From positions 1 through 64,000 of the forward strand of contig NMRA01000301.1 in NCBI GenBank assembly GCA_002633005.1: a stretch of DNA of 64,000 nt. The letters are read 5' to 3'. The notes below the pieces were generated by a model. The model made no database searches, had not been told where the DNA came from, and worked only from the letters and a program-made list of their open reading frames with translations. The translations under genes and the position numbers were made by a program. Within the stretch, counting starts at the first letter, position 1. The number at the start of each line of letters is the position of its first letter. The DNA comes from Phoronis australis. Lineage: Eukaryota > Animalia > Phoronida. Below are positions 25,935-38,811 of this stretch, piece by piece.

Positions 25935-26337
25935 GTTTACATTTTCAGATCTCTTGACCTCAAAAATGTGAGTGCAACCATTAAAACTAACATTCTAAGT
26001 GACCCAAGAGCAAAGATACTGAGGAAATTTTTTTTACGGGCGCCATTTTTAAAAGTCCAAGATGGCGCCCAAAAAATGAAATTTCCAATTCCGTGACCTG
26101 AGAAATGCAGGTGTAGCCATAAAAACCAACATTCTAAGTGACCCATAAGCAGAGATGTTGGGCAAAATCCATTTTACCGGCGCCATTCTTGAAAATCTAA
26201 GATGGCTGCCAAGATTGCCGCCAAAAATGGAATCAATTATTTTCTTACTTGTCATTCCATGAGGTTTCCAAAAATGTATAGTTTCCACTTTCCCAAAAAA
26301 ATTCCAACAACATTACACAACAAGCCTGACTACTAGT
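25935..26337. mobile_element. DNA transposon end fragment, possibly Academ-like, with two ~140-bp subterminal repeats
   Basis: Two copies of aacattctaagtgaccc...ggcgccatt...aagatggc; terminus reads tagtagtcaggcttg on the minus strand. Confidence 0.5.
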
Positions 26338-28778
26338 TAAATAGCGCCAATAAAGTTTTTGAAAAAGTAGTTACTTGTCATTTTCTAATCATTTTGCAAG
26401 AGTAGAAGTTCTCATTATACAGTGTTAAGATATGCAATGTATCATCATCTGCAACAACTTGATCAGCAAAGTAATAAGTTGTCTTATTTTAGTATCTGAT
26501 ATTTCTTCAATTTGATCAAGAACATGTTCAATTAAAACCCACCTTATGAATTTTTGCATGATAGAAGTGGGCTGTGACCACACTTTGTAGTGAACGTACC
26601 CTTTTATACAATTGTGATGCATTAGGCCATAAGAATTTATTCGGTGGTTCTTGTGCAAAAATATTTTAAATTACAAACCTGAAATGGTGGCACTTTATAC
26701 TAACCCAGCTTTTACAGTTATATGACAACCTTCATTTTTCACCAAAAGTGACCACCGAATGTGGACCTTGATTATGATTGCCCGACGACCACGTTGCGGG
26801 AAGAAACAAAGCTGAGTCAATACCATAATCAAAGTGCGGTTGGAATAGGCTAAAAAATTAAGCCAACGGAACGGAATGTGAAATATTATGTGGCCCTAAT
26901 CGATACGAAACTTTTTATTCGCCTTCGGAACACATGTCTCGCTTTTATTTATTTCTTGTTTATTTATTTATTTTTTTTTTGTTTTCTTTTTTATACTTTT
27001 CGAACAGGACGAAGTAAAGGAGTCGAAGAGCGTAGATGAATTATCGTACGCGCTTAGGAGCAGAGCCGAAATACTCTGAAAACGACTCAACAAACATCTT
27101 ATTCAAAAGTTTAAGGTATGGTTCAGTGGCGGATCTAGGATATTATAAGGGGGACCCATAAATTTGTATGTGGCAAAGGGGCAAAACACGATCCCATGCG
27201 CGCACCCTGTCTAAACATAGGTGAGGCCCGAAAATCTGGGAATATGTACCTTGTACCAAAATTCAAACAGAGGACTAATCGCGCCGGCGGTTTGATTCCG
27301 ACACACAAACTAGCTGCACACATTGTTACGTCTTGTTCCAGTCGCATGCTAATTGCCGGATTTCATTAGTAAACTCAATATTTCCTGACGCTCTTGCTGG
27401 TTTTTGCGGCAGCCGAGGGGGGGGGGGACAGTGCTAAATTCGGACTGGGTAGGAACTAACTAGGAATTGGATATGAAGCTGGCGGGGCTGTAGTCAAGAA
27501 TGGCATTTGCCCAAATAACACGATTTATGTCAAAGTGTCATAAATCTCATTAATGTTGTAAACTTCCGACACGAATGAAGGGGAAAATGTCACACACGCC
27601 ACGAATATGAAGTTTTGTAATATGTGATACCGTTTCTGACCTGGCCAATTCGTCACAGTCTGGACCTGCAGCTTCCGGCGTTCATTAGTACTACTGGCCT
27701 ATGCGACATCTTATGAGATGTGGCATGCAGTAGTATTTCTATATTGTTGTCGATGGATGACGACGAGTTTTCGTCCGAAGCGATTGACACTTTACTTCTT
27801 TGTGACAATTTTGATTATTTACGTTTTCGTCTGTATCTTTAGATATTTTTCTATTTTACATGTGACGATACGTTCCCATTTTCGAATACATGTTGTATTC
27901 GACGTATTGTCGTTTTCGCCATTTTTACACACGTCGAGGTGTTTTTCTACATTCTTTCTCAGAAATGTATACAACACTTAATACAGATTTCATCAAAAAC
28001 TTTTGACTGGAGTCTCAAATGGTAGCTTTATACTTTATTCCCAAAACTGTTAAATTGAATTTTAAAAACATTCTCCACTATTTTAATGAAAAAAATTATC
28101 AATTCGAGCCACATTTTGTAACTTGATTGGTTCTTTTTAATACATTTGACCAATTAAGTGCAAATTTAGTTTGAACCCTAGAAAGGTCAACATGAACCTT
28201 GACTGAGAAAAGACTAAGTTTACCATTTTGTCAGGAGTCATAAATGGAAATGGTGAGAAAAAGTGAAAAAATGACGACGAATGGATTAGGACGTGATTGG
28301 TGAGTATGACATTGACACTTTTAGGATTTTTCTAGGCGAACAATGACAAGGCAGTAAATTGGAAAAAAATTCTCGAACTTTTATCATTAAAGTAAAAAAT
28401 GTACACTCACTGTTGAAAGCAGAGTTTTTGCGCAAACAGTTTGATATCAATATCATTAAAATCAGTTCGTTTACAGCCATTTAGTTGCAGAAAGTTCATG
28501 CATTAACTAAATATTAGAAGAATTTACCAGTGAGTGAAAAATGTGTGAAATGCTCCCATTACTTCGATTTTTAAAAATATTCATTAATGCCCTCATTTGT
28601 TGTAAAGGATATCAATAGAACGAAGAAAGTATAAATATTTCACTGGCATGCCTTTCATTTTCCACCACGTTGCATGCCAATATGTATGGAACAACACTAT
28701 CGTCACCTTGTGACGGTTCTTTTCTGACGAGTCATTTCTAACACGTTGACGCTTCAGTGATGCTGTCGATGTTCTTAA

Positions 28779-30136
28779 AGGAGCATGCCACCCAAAAAAC
28801 AACCTAATTTGCATCAATTTAGATCGAGTAGTTTCAAACGCCGTCTGTTCAGAATTTCGAAGTATTTTCCGTGCGATACAGACAGGAGAACTGTGTTGTT
28901 TAGATTTGTGATTTTTTGAGTTCTAAACACAAAACGCTTGTTATCCTGGCCAGTGACTCGGAGTCCGATCAGGCCCGTCGCGGCCGGCCGGATTGACTCG
29001 TTATCACGGCCAGTTGCTCGGAAACTGATCAGACATCACGAACATAAACCAGTCAAAGCTCAGTGGAAACTAAACTTTCAGTCAAAAAAAAAATACTATA
29101 CTAGTGAGCCAAAGTAATGTGCACGTGATTATGTTGGTGAGTTAGCCACGAGACTGCAAATCTATCTACTCGTCGGGGGCCGCGAATTCAGCCGGTTCCG
29201 CTTTCACCGACAGCAGGCCGTCAGGGCAGCTAAGTTGTACATTGACAATCATTATTTGAGTAATGCAAATGTAAATAAAGATTCCCCTAACACCTGGTCG
29301 TGGGATGGAAATCGAGTTGTTTCACAACAGTTTCTGCCAGCAAACACTAAATTAGCATGAGCTCACACGGCCTCGGTGTCCCCTCAATTAGTTTTATTGC
29401 ACCTAAAGCCGGTAACGCAGTGATTTATTCATTGCTGGCTTCTCAAATCATTAGCACTCACGAACACTCCAAAGGCATTACAAATTGCATCTAATGAGAC
29501 AGACTTTGTTCCAGTTTTATATAATATTGGTTAGGGTGAGAATAATTCATTTTGAAAAAGAACGCTCAGTAAAACGCCAACATGGCAACTCGAAATCCCG
29601 ACTTAGGACGAGCTAGAGCTCGATCATCAGGTGGATCATCGCAAGTGGATCGTTAAGTTTTACAGGATATAAATTCGAACAGCAATACAGTGATGAAGAA
29701 ATACTGGCGAGGCGCCGTGAACAAGCTCAGACAACGGAACAATTGGAGTTATTTGGAAAGCCGGCATTCGCCGATCAGGCACTGTCGACGTACGCAGGCC
29801 ACAGACACGGAAATGTTTCACGGCCTCATACTTGCTATTTACAGCGTACATTTCATTCTTCACTACCATGAGCATTTCGGACTCTCGAGGAAGTAAAAAA
29901 AGATATACCCGCTTTCCTCGCAGTTGCTTAGTTCGGACAAGCGGGAACGATGCACCGCAACATAGCGGCATTCACTCTGCATATGAACCACTGACGTCTC
30001 TAGCGTCGTTTCTCACCTTCTTCACAGGTTAGCGCGACACCTCTTGGCAAGGTACGGTCGACCCTATGCGAAGCGATGAGGATATAGACCGATTAAGACG
30101 GTAAAAAAGACTAATTAAATCGGGTGGCATTCCCCT
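28779..30136 (+). mobile_element. Kolobok-like family B, copy 2 (both ends present, non-autonomous)
   Basis: TTAA|aggagcatgccaccc ... gggtggcattcccct|TTAA (13/15 TIR match); homologous to 12570-15271 but lacks the THAP segment. Confidence 0.85.
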
Positions 30137-30159
30137 TTAAAAGAACCAATCAGTGTTAA

Positions 30160-32944
30160 AGTCCTGCTCTCAAACTGCTCATGTGGTTCCAGTATCCGAA
30201 AATACTTACTACATAAAATCTTATTTTCGAAACCCTTTCTTTTTATTCTTTTCGCCTTTCTTGCAAAAAGCGATTTTTAACAGTATTAGTCCCTTCTCTG
30301 TGAGCGTATAATTACCGGCTGTCATTGCTCATTTCCGTACCCACATTTCCGGCACATCAGTTCAGGAACTTGTCCTGAACGCCGCCATTTTTTCCTTGTA
30401 ATTGAATGTGCTATGGCTTGCTCGAAAAGTCTTCATTATTTGTTTTATTAGTAATATCTCGTGATTGGTTTGTGTGTGTAGTGTATTTATAGTTTGTAGT
30501 TAGTCGTCGTTGAATTTTTTTGGAATGTTACGCGTACTTCTAATGGTAAAATAGCATTGGTGTTTAGTTCCTTACGTAGGCCGGTCGAACATAGGAACCA
30601 ATATGGGTCGAACCAATTTTTTTCTTTTTGATTTTTTTCTAGTTTTGAAAAAGTACTTTGCTATCATCGGAAAGTTAGTGCATTCTACTCAGTAAAAATC
30701 GAAAAAGTATCACAATCGGGGCAAGCAGTGTAAAGATATTGCAATTTTTGTGGCGAAATTTGGGTCACTTTGTTTGGATCGCGTCGGCCATATTGGAGGA
30801 CAGCGGGATAAGTTACGAATTTAAAACTAAATTGTAAATAGTTTTCGCCTACAAAATACGGTGAAATTTACTTAGACATATCTTTACTTACTATTTTGCA
30901 CGATTCGACAGTGTTCACCAAATTTCAGGCTCGCAGTTGTTACTCAATAAGTGATAAATGTGCTCACCATTGCCGTTGGACTTCGTCTCATATCTGGCGG
31001 CACCGACAACATGGCGAATTTTGCTGAACTGAAAGGCATGTTCAATCGGCTACTTTGTAATTTGTAAAGATTTAACGTTGATACATTTTGACAAACGTTG
31101 CTACAAAAGAGGAACTTTTTTCAATTTTCGTGTTTTTGTGAAAAAATATAAGATATATTCGAATTATTTTACTATGGATGGGATTCAGCTGATCTTACAC
31201 TAAGCTAAAAAAATAGTTGAATTAATTTTAAAATCGTTTTTTGTTTGATTGTCAACTGCTGTTCAAGGCTTGATTCGGTGTCACAAAATGATTCATATTT
31301 TTAAAAAGTTTAATTCTTAACTCTTAATTGCTTTCAAGTCATGTTTTGTAACTTATTGCTTCTTAATTCAGGTTATCAAGTTAACAATATGAATAATCTT
31401 AATTTGGGAAATAAGCTATGTTGGATTGTGAAGCGTCAAGCCTCCATTTCTTGTTCCTTGCAACTTCATGTTTTTTTTAATCATGCCTGTCAAATTCTGG
31501 TGTAAGGAAACACTATTCAGTCACCATGGTAATAGTTACATGTCCACTTTCATAACATGGAAACTTTTGCTGTTGCATGCGCGCAACCAGGGGGATTGGG
31601 GGGCTAGAACGAGCCTCCCATTTCGCGAAGTGGGCAAAAAGATCCGCCCCCGAGAAACAAAATGCTTGAGAAAATGGGACAAAAGTCCACTAAAAAAGCG
31701 CAAACGCGCAACTCACCGTGGTGCTCCCATTTTTTTTAGTCCGCCGACTCCTTTTTTAGGAAAACCTCCACATCGCCGGGAATTCGAGCCCCCCCCATAT
31801 TGAAGGCTGGGTGCGTGCGTGTGTTGAATAGTGTTTGTAATGCTAAATGTTGTAAAGTATTGTTTATTTTAAGTTACTTATTATGTTAAAAGTTTGAATC
31901 ATTTTGGGTTAATGAATAAAAATGATAACATTTTGTATTGGACTTGTCATACTTATGTGCTCGAACGAGCCCCCTATTTGGAGAAATGGAAAAAGGTCTG
32001 CCTCAGTCAGAGAAGCACGAATTCCGAAAAAAGTAGAAAATAAAACAATATTCCACTAGAAGACAGGAAGTACCAGAATTTAGCGTCTGCAATTCATAGC
32101 TCTGAACATACCCACTGAATCTTATAGGCTTGGTGCGCTCATACAAAGTCTGGGCAAATCTCTATTGAAAGCCAACAGCTTTGCACAGTTTGCGAGAAGT
32201 ACCCAAGTTCTCAATATACCTCGTTTGAGCCAGCGCTGTGGCCAGCAACTAGTTAGTCCTAAGGGTAGCCTTGGCGCAAAGCTGTATAGGTAGGCCTACA
32301 TGTACTAACAAGCTGTATTTTGACGATAGCCTTCACTGGTAGCTGGCAGTGGGGCAAGCTAAGGTCTGCTGTGGCAGTTTGACACAGCACTAACCAGTCC
32401 GTAATTTCATTGCAAGTGTCTGAAACTATCTTTGAATATATGAGGCATTTACGATTTGAGCATTTTACTTCGACAAAACAGCTCGAAACCGCATGCATTT
32501 GCCGTTCGCTAGTGTCTGTTCTCGATCGGCACCGGGTCCGATAGGTCACGAGTCTAGCAAAATAATTTCTGTCAAAATTTATTCGCCACATTTCTTCAGC
32601 AAATTCGATAAAGTTGTCCGTATTTTGATTTTATTAAAATTAAGGCGCGCTGTCGATTATTTTATCCCCGTTTGCAAGCTGGTAACAGGCACTTGTCCAT
32701 CCACACTTACGGCGTTTTCTTAGCGGCTAGCCTGGGTTCCTGAATGAACTGTACAACTGTACTTCCGGGTTCGCGGCAAGTTCAAAATGGCGGTGGTTAT
32801 TCGGGTGCGAATCGTGAGTGGCACGCTCATTTAAACTTTTTTTCGAGTACGAATCTTGTATTAGTTATGGGGTAAGTACTTCTTAGATCCTTATAACATC
32901 CTCTAACCATGCAATAAGGGTTAACAACGCGTGCGACCAGGTCT
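30160..32944. mobile_element. Kolobok-like family A, copy 2 (inverted relative to copy 1)
   Basis: TTAA|agtcctgctctca ... tgcgaccaggtct|TTAA; reverse-complement match to 16756-19317 plus a MITE insertion. Confidence 0.9.
31576..31821. mobile_element. MITE nested in family A copy 2
   Basis: tgttg|catgcgcgcaaccag ... ctgggtgcgtgcgtg|tgttg; 5-bp TSD; absent from copy 1. Confidence 0.85.
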
Positions 32945-33516
32945 TTAAGGTTATACAGTGTGTTCTGATAGGCAAATCCGTGTGAGAACTGTTCAGTGCT
33001 TCCTAAGAGTTCCGGGATGTCCGTTGGACCCCCACACACTCGTGCTTGTTTATAGTTAGCTGGGTCTAAAAATAAAATCGTTAACTTTCGATATCACAAA
33101 TACATGTACTGTATGCGGCAACAGGTGAGGGTCTGAGTCCACAACATAGTAGTGGTGATCGATAAGGGTGACTGTAGCGATTACGCACCACTGTTCGTCA
33201 TTTCTGATTTCACCGCATTTGTTCCCATCATTAGAGCTTCCGTTATTCCTTTACAAACATTGTTCTATAGTCAGAGAGGTTTGCCTTCACGATAACACGT
33301 CACGTCTGCAATGGGTAAATGAAGCGCCGTTGCTAGCGATAGAACCCTCGAATGTGTGTGTATGGATTTTTTGCTTACATGTACGGCATACTGCGACAAA
33401 TTAGTCACGGTGTGATCACGACACTTTGTATTGCGGGGGTTGCTTCAACTGTTCATAATGCTTCTGCGGTTGATCCATTTGATTTGGTTCATATTAAAAG
33501 CAAACAAAAGCACATA

Positions 33517-33529
33517 TACACACGCACAC

Positions 33530-33590
<61 letters not shown>

Positions 33591-33600
33591 TACGCACACA
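33517..33600. repeat. (CA)n microsatellite
   Basis: Long CA run; source of the HTHT/CVCV ORFs. Confidence 0.97.
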
Positions 33601-33692
33601 AACAAATACAGGATGGCACTTAAGGTCAAATATTATCACTGTATATCTTCAGACCGTACCTACTTTTCGAATATTTTTTTGTTTTCTAACAG

Positions 33693-33868
33693 AGATTCCA
33701 AGTATTAACAGTGAAGTGTGTGATTTTGAGTCACCATGCGCATGGATACACTGGGACAACCCGTGGAGGGAGGAAATTGGCCGAAATAGCATGAAGGACC
33801 TCCTTACGACAGATTTACTACACCAAGGAGATCAGAAAATTGTCCATCACCACAATATTCACTACAGC
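33693..33868 (+). pseudogene. MAM domain 1, N-terminal exon (probable frameshift)
   Basis: ttttctaacag|EIPSINSEVCDFESPCAWIHWDNPW...; the GPPYD motif (cf. GP..DH) lies in another frame; donor gtaagc at 33869. Confidence 0.7.
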
Positions 33869-34750
33869 GTAAGCAGACCGAAAGACAGTGGCGGTCACAG
33901 CCAGGGAGACCAGTGAGACGTGTTTCTCGCGGGCATAAGAGCTACCAAACGAATCATATACGTCACCATTCTGTTCTCATAGATACTACACAAGGTATCC
34001 CTTATAGCAATCACAGTGCTATAGTAACAGACACAAATCTATTTTTATCAATAATGGACCACACGTACTGTACTTAAAGAAGTCAGGTATACGCCCTCTT
34101 GTTAAATTTGATAATCCTAAATAATCCAACTACCATGATAAGCGACTGCGTAGGAATTCTGTAAATACCCAAATTTTTGTACTTTTGTTCTTGTGAATTG
34201 TCCTAAAACATATCCGTCCGTTTACGTCAATCTTCCCTGCTAACGGAAATCGAAATTACACAGACACGATCTTTGTCGTAAACACTCAGTGGTTAACAAG
34301 ATCGTTTCTTTCGCTCAGCAGTTGTAACGTAAGCACGACATTTGTGATTAACACAAGCTAGGTACCACAGATCTCCAAATTTTTGATGATCTAAAATAAC
34401 TTTGAAATCACCTGTGTTGATAACTGGATCAATTATAGAATTGTTAAATAACTCAGTTTAAATTGATAGCCGTTGATACTGTTTGTTTGGTGATATCCTG
34501 AGAGCACTGCCCAGAGATGCAAACGGTAATCCATATTGGAATCGAACTATTTGCGTCAGTCTTATGTTGGAGAGTGACATAGTTAATCAGTTGTGTTTTA
34601 GGTAGCGAGAAGAAAAAAAAACAGTTTTCAGTGAATCAGTCAACATTTTTCCTTGGGGTTCATTAGTAAATGTTGCGCTATTCAACTAGTGTCGTTGTGA
34701 TTTATGCATGTTGTGCATTTAAAATTTCACATTTTGCTCCGGTTCTTAAG

Positions 34751-35080
34751 TCATTTCCTCTTCCTGAGTAAGTCAACTACAAAAGTGATTTCATCCATGG
34801 CACTAACCGAGGACGACAAAAGTATGTCAATATGTTCTGAGTTCCACTGTATTTCGTACGGTATACGGCCAGTGTTAGAAATAATGGTAAACGGGTCTTC
34901 ACTTAAGACACAATTGTAGATTGACGATGCACAAGAAACTGATTGGCGGAGAGCTTTCTTGGAACTACATGCTAACGCTGAGGCTACTGCCATCGTAGCA
35001 AAACGTTCTGAATACGGCCATGTCCTTGCAATGGACGACGTGCGAGTGTTTAATTGCAACAATAATGTCGCCACATACAG
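34751..35080 (+). pseudogene. MAM domain 1, C-terminal exon with in-frame stop
   Basis: ICSEFHCISYGIRPVLEIMVNG...QL*IDDAQETDWRRAFLEL...GHVLAMDDVRVFNC; TAG at 34917-34919 where Trp is expected. Boundaries approximate. Confidence 0.75.
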
Positions 35081-36662
35081 TACACCGTACAGGGAACATC
35101 AGCCTCTAGTCCTCATAACGAAACTTTTATATCTCCGACAAACTCGCTGCTCGTGAAGTGCGACATTTAAGAAAGTACTGAGCTCTCTTTCACTAATGAT
35201 AATCAGAATAGCTTCAACTGGGTGAACAAAGCAGTAGGTGAGGCCCATAAAGAAGATAAACACAGGCCTTTTGAAGACAATACATCCGGGACTAGTGAAA
35301 GTACACTGTAAGTGTAATTAAGTCACCTCTGTTCAACCTTCTTCATTACAAAGTAACAACATGGCACGCGTATCTCAAATTGTCAACCTTAGCATAGTTA
35401 GGGAGCAAAACACACTCTTAGTTCCACGGTCCTTTGATGATCATTTGGTTGACTACACTGACATCTAAGGATTAACATCTTCCACGTGACGTATGTAGTT
35501 TAAGCAGTCATAACATGCATTCTGTCAGCACAATCCCTAAATAAAGAAATCAAGTAATATATCATGTTCAAGGTTTCTATATGTTTGCGAAAAGCGCTCA
35601 CGACCACACTCCGAACGAAAACGGTCAACTTCTTTTTACATCGATAGATGTCCCGGCAAACTACTGTGTCGAATTCTTTCTTTTCTCGTACGGTATTTGC
35701 ACCCTGCAGATTCTCGCAATTGACGACTGGCAGTACCTTGAAGAGATTGCCTCGATACGTTTGGACAGGAGGGAACGTCGCTTGACACGTGTGAAATATC
35801 GGATAGTGTCACGTGGGCAACCGCGATTGATTTTCTCATTGCTGTCATTAAAACCGAAGGTGAGAGCTAAGCAGCGATTGACGACGTTACAGTTTTTCGT
35901 TGTAACGGTGGTCATTTTCCTGAAAATGCAAATATGTGGGCAATTTCTATGTACAAATATTTCAAAACCTTCGACTCGGGTGCTTAATGAATATTTTCTG
36001 TTGTACAGGTTGTTAAAAAACTTTCTTTACTACCATTCGTTCTCCGAATAACACAGTCATAACTAACTTTTCGTGTAATGGCTACCAGTTGACTTCGTTG
36101 TCATGGATACAATGAGAGTATGTCCTTGCTTCTATAAAGGGTATCTATTATGGTTCAATTTACATAAACTAAAAACCTTCAGCATGTAACTTTTTAAATT
36201 GACTATCGACAAAAGTATTGGGAGAGCTTACTCAAATCAGTATGCTTGAAATATTCCATAAGTAAATGCATTGCTTTCTAATTGCTGTTCCATCTGGTGA
36301 CTCGAACGTACGTCCATAGGCGGCGCAGCACTTAAAAGTGAGGGCTATAGCCCCCCCCCCCCCCCCCCCCCCCCCCCNCCAGCCACCTATTGTGCGCCGC
36401 CCATGACGTCATGCGACGGATACAAGGCGTGTCTGCGATAAAATGTCGTGCAAAGGGTCGCAGGTTGTTAACTAATGTGTAGTAAGAGACTGGATGAAAA
36501 GTTTTGAACACGCTCAAAGTTATGACAAATGCGTGGCGTATGGGCAGTTTTGAAAACTAGCTTAGCCAATTTAAAATCACACATCCGAATGTCATGTTTC
36601 ACGATGACGAGGGTATTGCTTCAGTTATTTTGTTTCACTCACGTGCGATTTAGCTCTTCCAG

Positions 36663-36796
36663 ATACTTATACCAAATGAGTTGCGATTTTGAAGAGACTA
36701 TGTGTGGATTGCAGAACGCAGTAGATCGCACCGGCACGTGGCGACGTGTTGTTTGCAATGCAAAACAAGTTCCCCCTGCAGATTGCTCATTGCCAG
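36663..36796 (+). pseudogene. MAM domain 2, N-terminal exon
   Basis: cttccag|...MSCDFEETMCGLQNAVDRTGTWRRVVCNAKQVPPADCSLP G|gtaaca. Confidence 0.8.
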
Positions 36797-38085
36797 GTAA
36801 CATTACTACCGTAATCGCAATTTAACAAGAAATACAAGCAGTCTGTGTTATCATAAGCCTGGCAGCAGTGTTTGTAAGATAGATGCGCCAAGGTGAGTTC
36901 ACTTTGACACCAACGTCGGTAACCCTTGCCTCGTATGAAATCCTAATAGGCTTGGTTGACACAGCTAATTTATGTAGAGCCCTTGAAAAGCGTCTCAATT
37001 TGTCTAAATTTGTAATGTTGTTTCTGAGAATTGGCTGATGGGATCAACACGAAACTTTAAGATACTATACTTTGTGCGCTATTTCCATAGAGTGTTTCTA
37101 AATTAGTCCACTTACGTGTAACACGAGGGCTACGAAAAATGGGACTTTTAAGATTTTCCCTAAAAAATACCAAAGTTTGCTTAAAGGCATAATTACAAAT
37201 AAGAAAATTGTAACAGCGTCATTAAGATTTTTTCTCCATAGGAATTTCAAGTGAAGTTTGGTCTAGTTATTGATACCGTCGTTTGGCGATTATTGTAGCT
37301 TTCTTCGACCATTCTATAATTGTAAAGACATGATCATGCGATAACATTAATTACGAAATGATAAAAAATCAAAACATCAAAATTCACCAGATTTATACTT
37401 TCACGAAATATAGTGCTTTTGCTGGGTTAAAATTTATAATTTTGTTGATAATTGGTCAAATACACAGACATTTCAAGACTGTCCTGCACAAATTTAACCT
37501 GCATTTCATTTAAGAAATGTGATAAAATACTGTACGGTTAGTGGTTTTTTTTTAATTTTTAACTTTATTAGTTGTTTGAAATTCGTTTTTCTTGAGAGCC
37601 AGGGTTGATTAGTACAACGTTTTACATACATATGTCATTGTCTATCTGGTTTGGGCAACAAAGTGAAAATCCAATATGCGACATTGTTTTGGCTGTATAC
37701 ATGTTGTCTAAATAAAGGTAAAGTGAAAGAAATCTCAGATACTGCTCAAACACAAAGTCCCAGTCTTCCCATTGAATATTTAAAAAATATCGTTCAACGC
37801 ACAATTTTTTTAGTAAAGATCACGCGATTATCCACAACTGCGCGATATTTTATGGTATGGATTAAAATATACAGCCACCGAGGATTGAGGATTAGTTCTT
37901 TTGAGTTGAAAATGGAGAGCGAAAAAGCGATTTGATCAAGCACGAACAAACGTGACAAAGATTGAGGTTACGTGACACCTAAATTAGCAATTTTGCATGA
38001 AAATACACAGAAATACCCATTTAGCTTCGTTCTTTCAAAGAAATGAATACTACGCACGCATGGAATCCGTGTTATTTGTTTTTAG

Positions 38086-38436
38086 GAGCACATGTTTTGA
38101 CGTTCAACGTTATTGACTTCTGGCTGCTATCTTTTAGTTATTACGAAGCTGTATTGGAAACACCTCCGCTCCTTTCCTGAGCCAACTGGTGCCTGGATTT
38201 TTACTATTTGATGTATACCACTCAAGAGGTACGTCTTGTCGATAAGTCTATTATGTTCGACGTTGAACAAGACGGTTTTGCGGTCTTTCAGAGATTAAAT
38301 GATGATCTAGCCGACAGGTGGAAGCACGTTCGCAATGTCCCGTGTTTGCCAACATGGGGCAAAACTCTCCTTTAGGGTTCTATCAAAAGTAAAGGACCAC
38401 GACATGTAACCGCAGCAATAGGGATACAAACTCCAA
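38086..38436 (+). pseudogene. MAM domain 2, C-terminal exon with in-frame stop
   Basis: ttgtttttag| in phase 1, matching the previous exon; EAVLETPPLLS*ANWCLDFYYLMY...DRWKHVR; TGA at 38178-38180; 3' end degraded. Confidence 0.75.
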
Positions 38437-38732
38437 GGTAACTAGGACTATCCGCACTTTTTTGCGCGTGCAGACGACGACGATCGGTTAAAAGATCACA
38501 CGAATTCTGCTTCAACTGTGTTTACCAGCTTCATAGTTGTTTGTTGGTACTTAGCGTTTTATGATCTCATGAAATTCAAAGAATGAAAAACTGTTTGCAG
38601 GCGGTCTGGAATACCTTGTACCATACGTGCACAGGTCGTTCTCGTGTGTTCATTGCACTGATCCTCTGAAACCATTTTTGTGCTTTATTAATATAAAGTT
38701 AAAACCGGGCTAGGACGCTAGGGTCTAGCAAA

Positions 38733-38811
38733 GAGCCCCGGTGCGACTCGAACCACGACCTTGAGTAAAACGATCTTCAAACGGACACTTAACTCACTAG
38801 GCCACATTGCC
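38733..38811 (-). mobile_element. tRNA-derived SINE-like head
   Basis: Minus strand reads ggcaatgtggcctagtgagttaag...aaggtcgtggttcgagtcgcacc (A and B boxes); no intact cloverleaf. Confidence 0.6.

Noticed and set aside
33352-33708. HTHT and CVCV ORFs
   Set aside because: Translations of the (CA)n tract.
36351-36378. Poly-C tracts here and at 39618-39650 as G-quadruplex elements
   Set aside because: Both contain N, so length is uncertain, and they sit in MITE-like sequence where such runs are common.
38733-38811. tRNA genes here, at 25698 and near 59105
   Set aside because: A and B boxes only, with broken stems; SINE-like heads.
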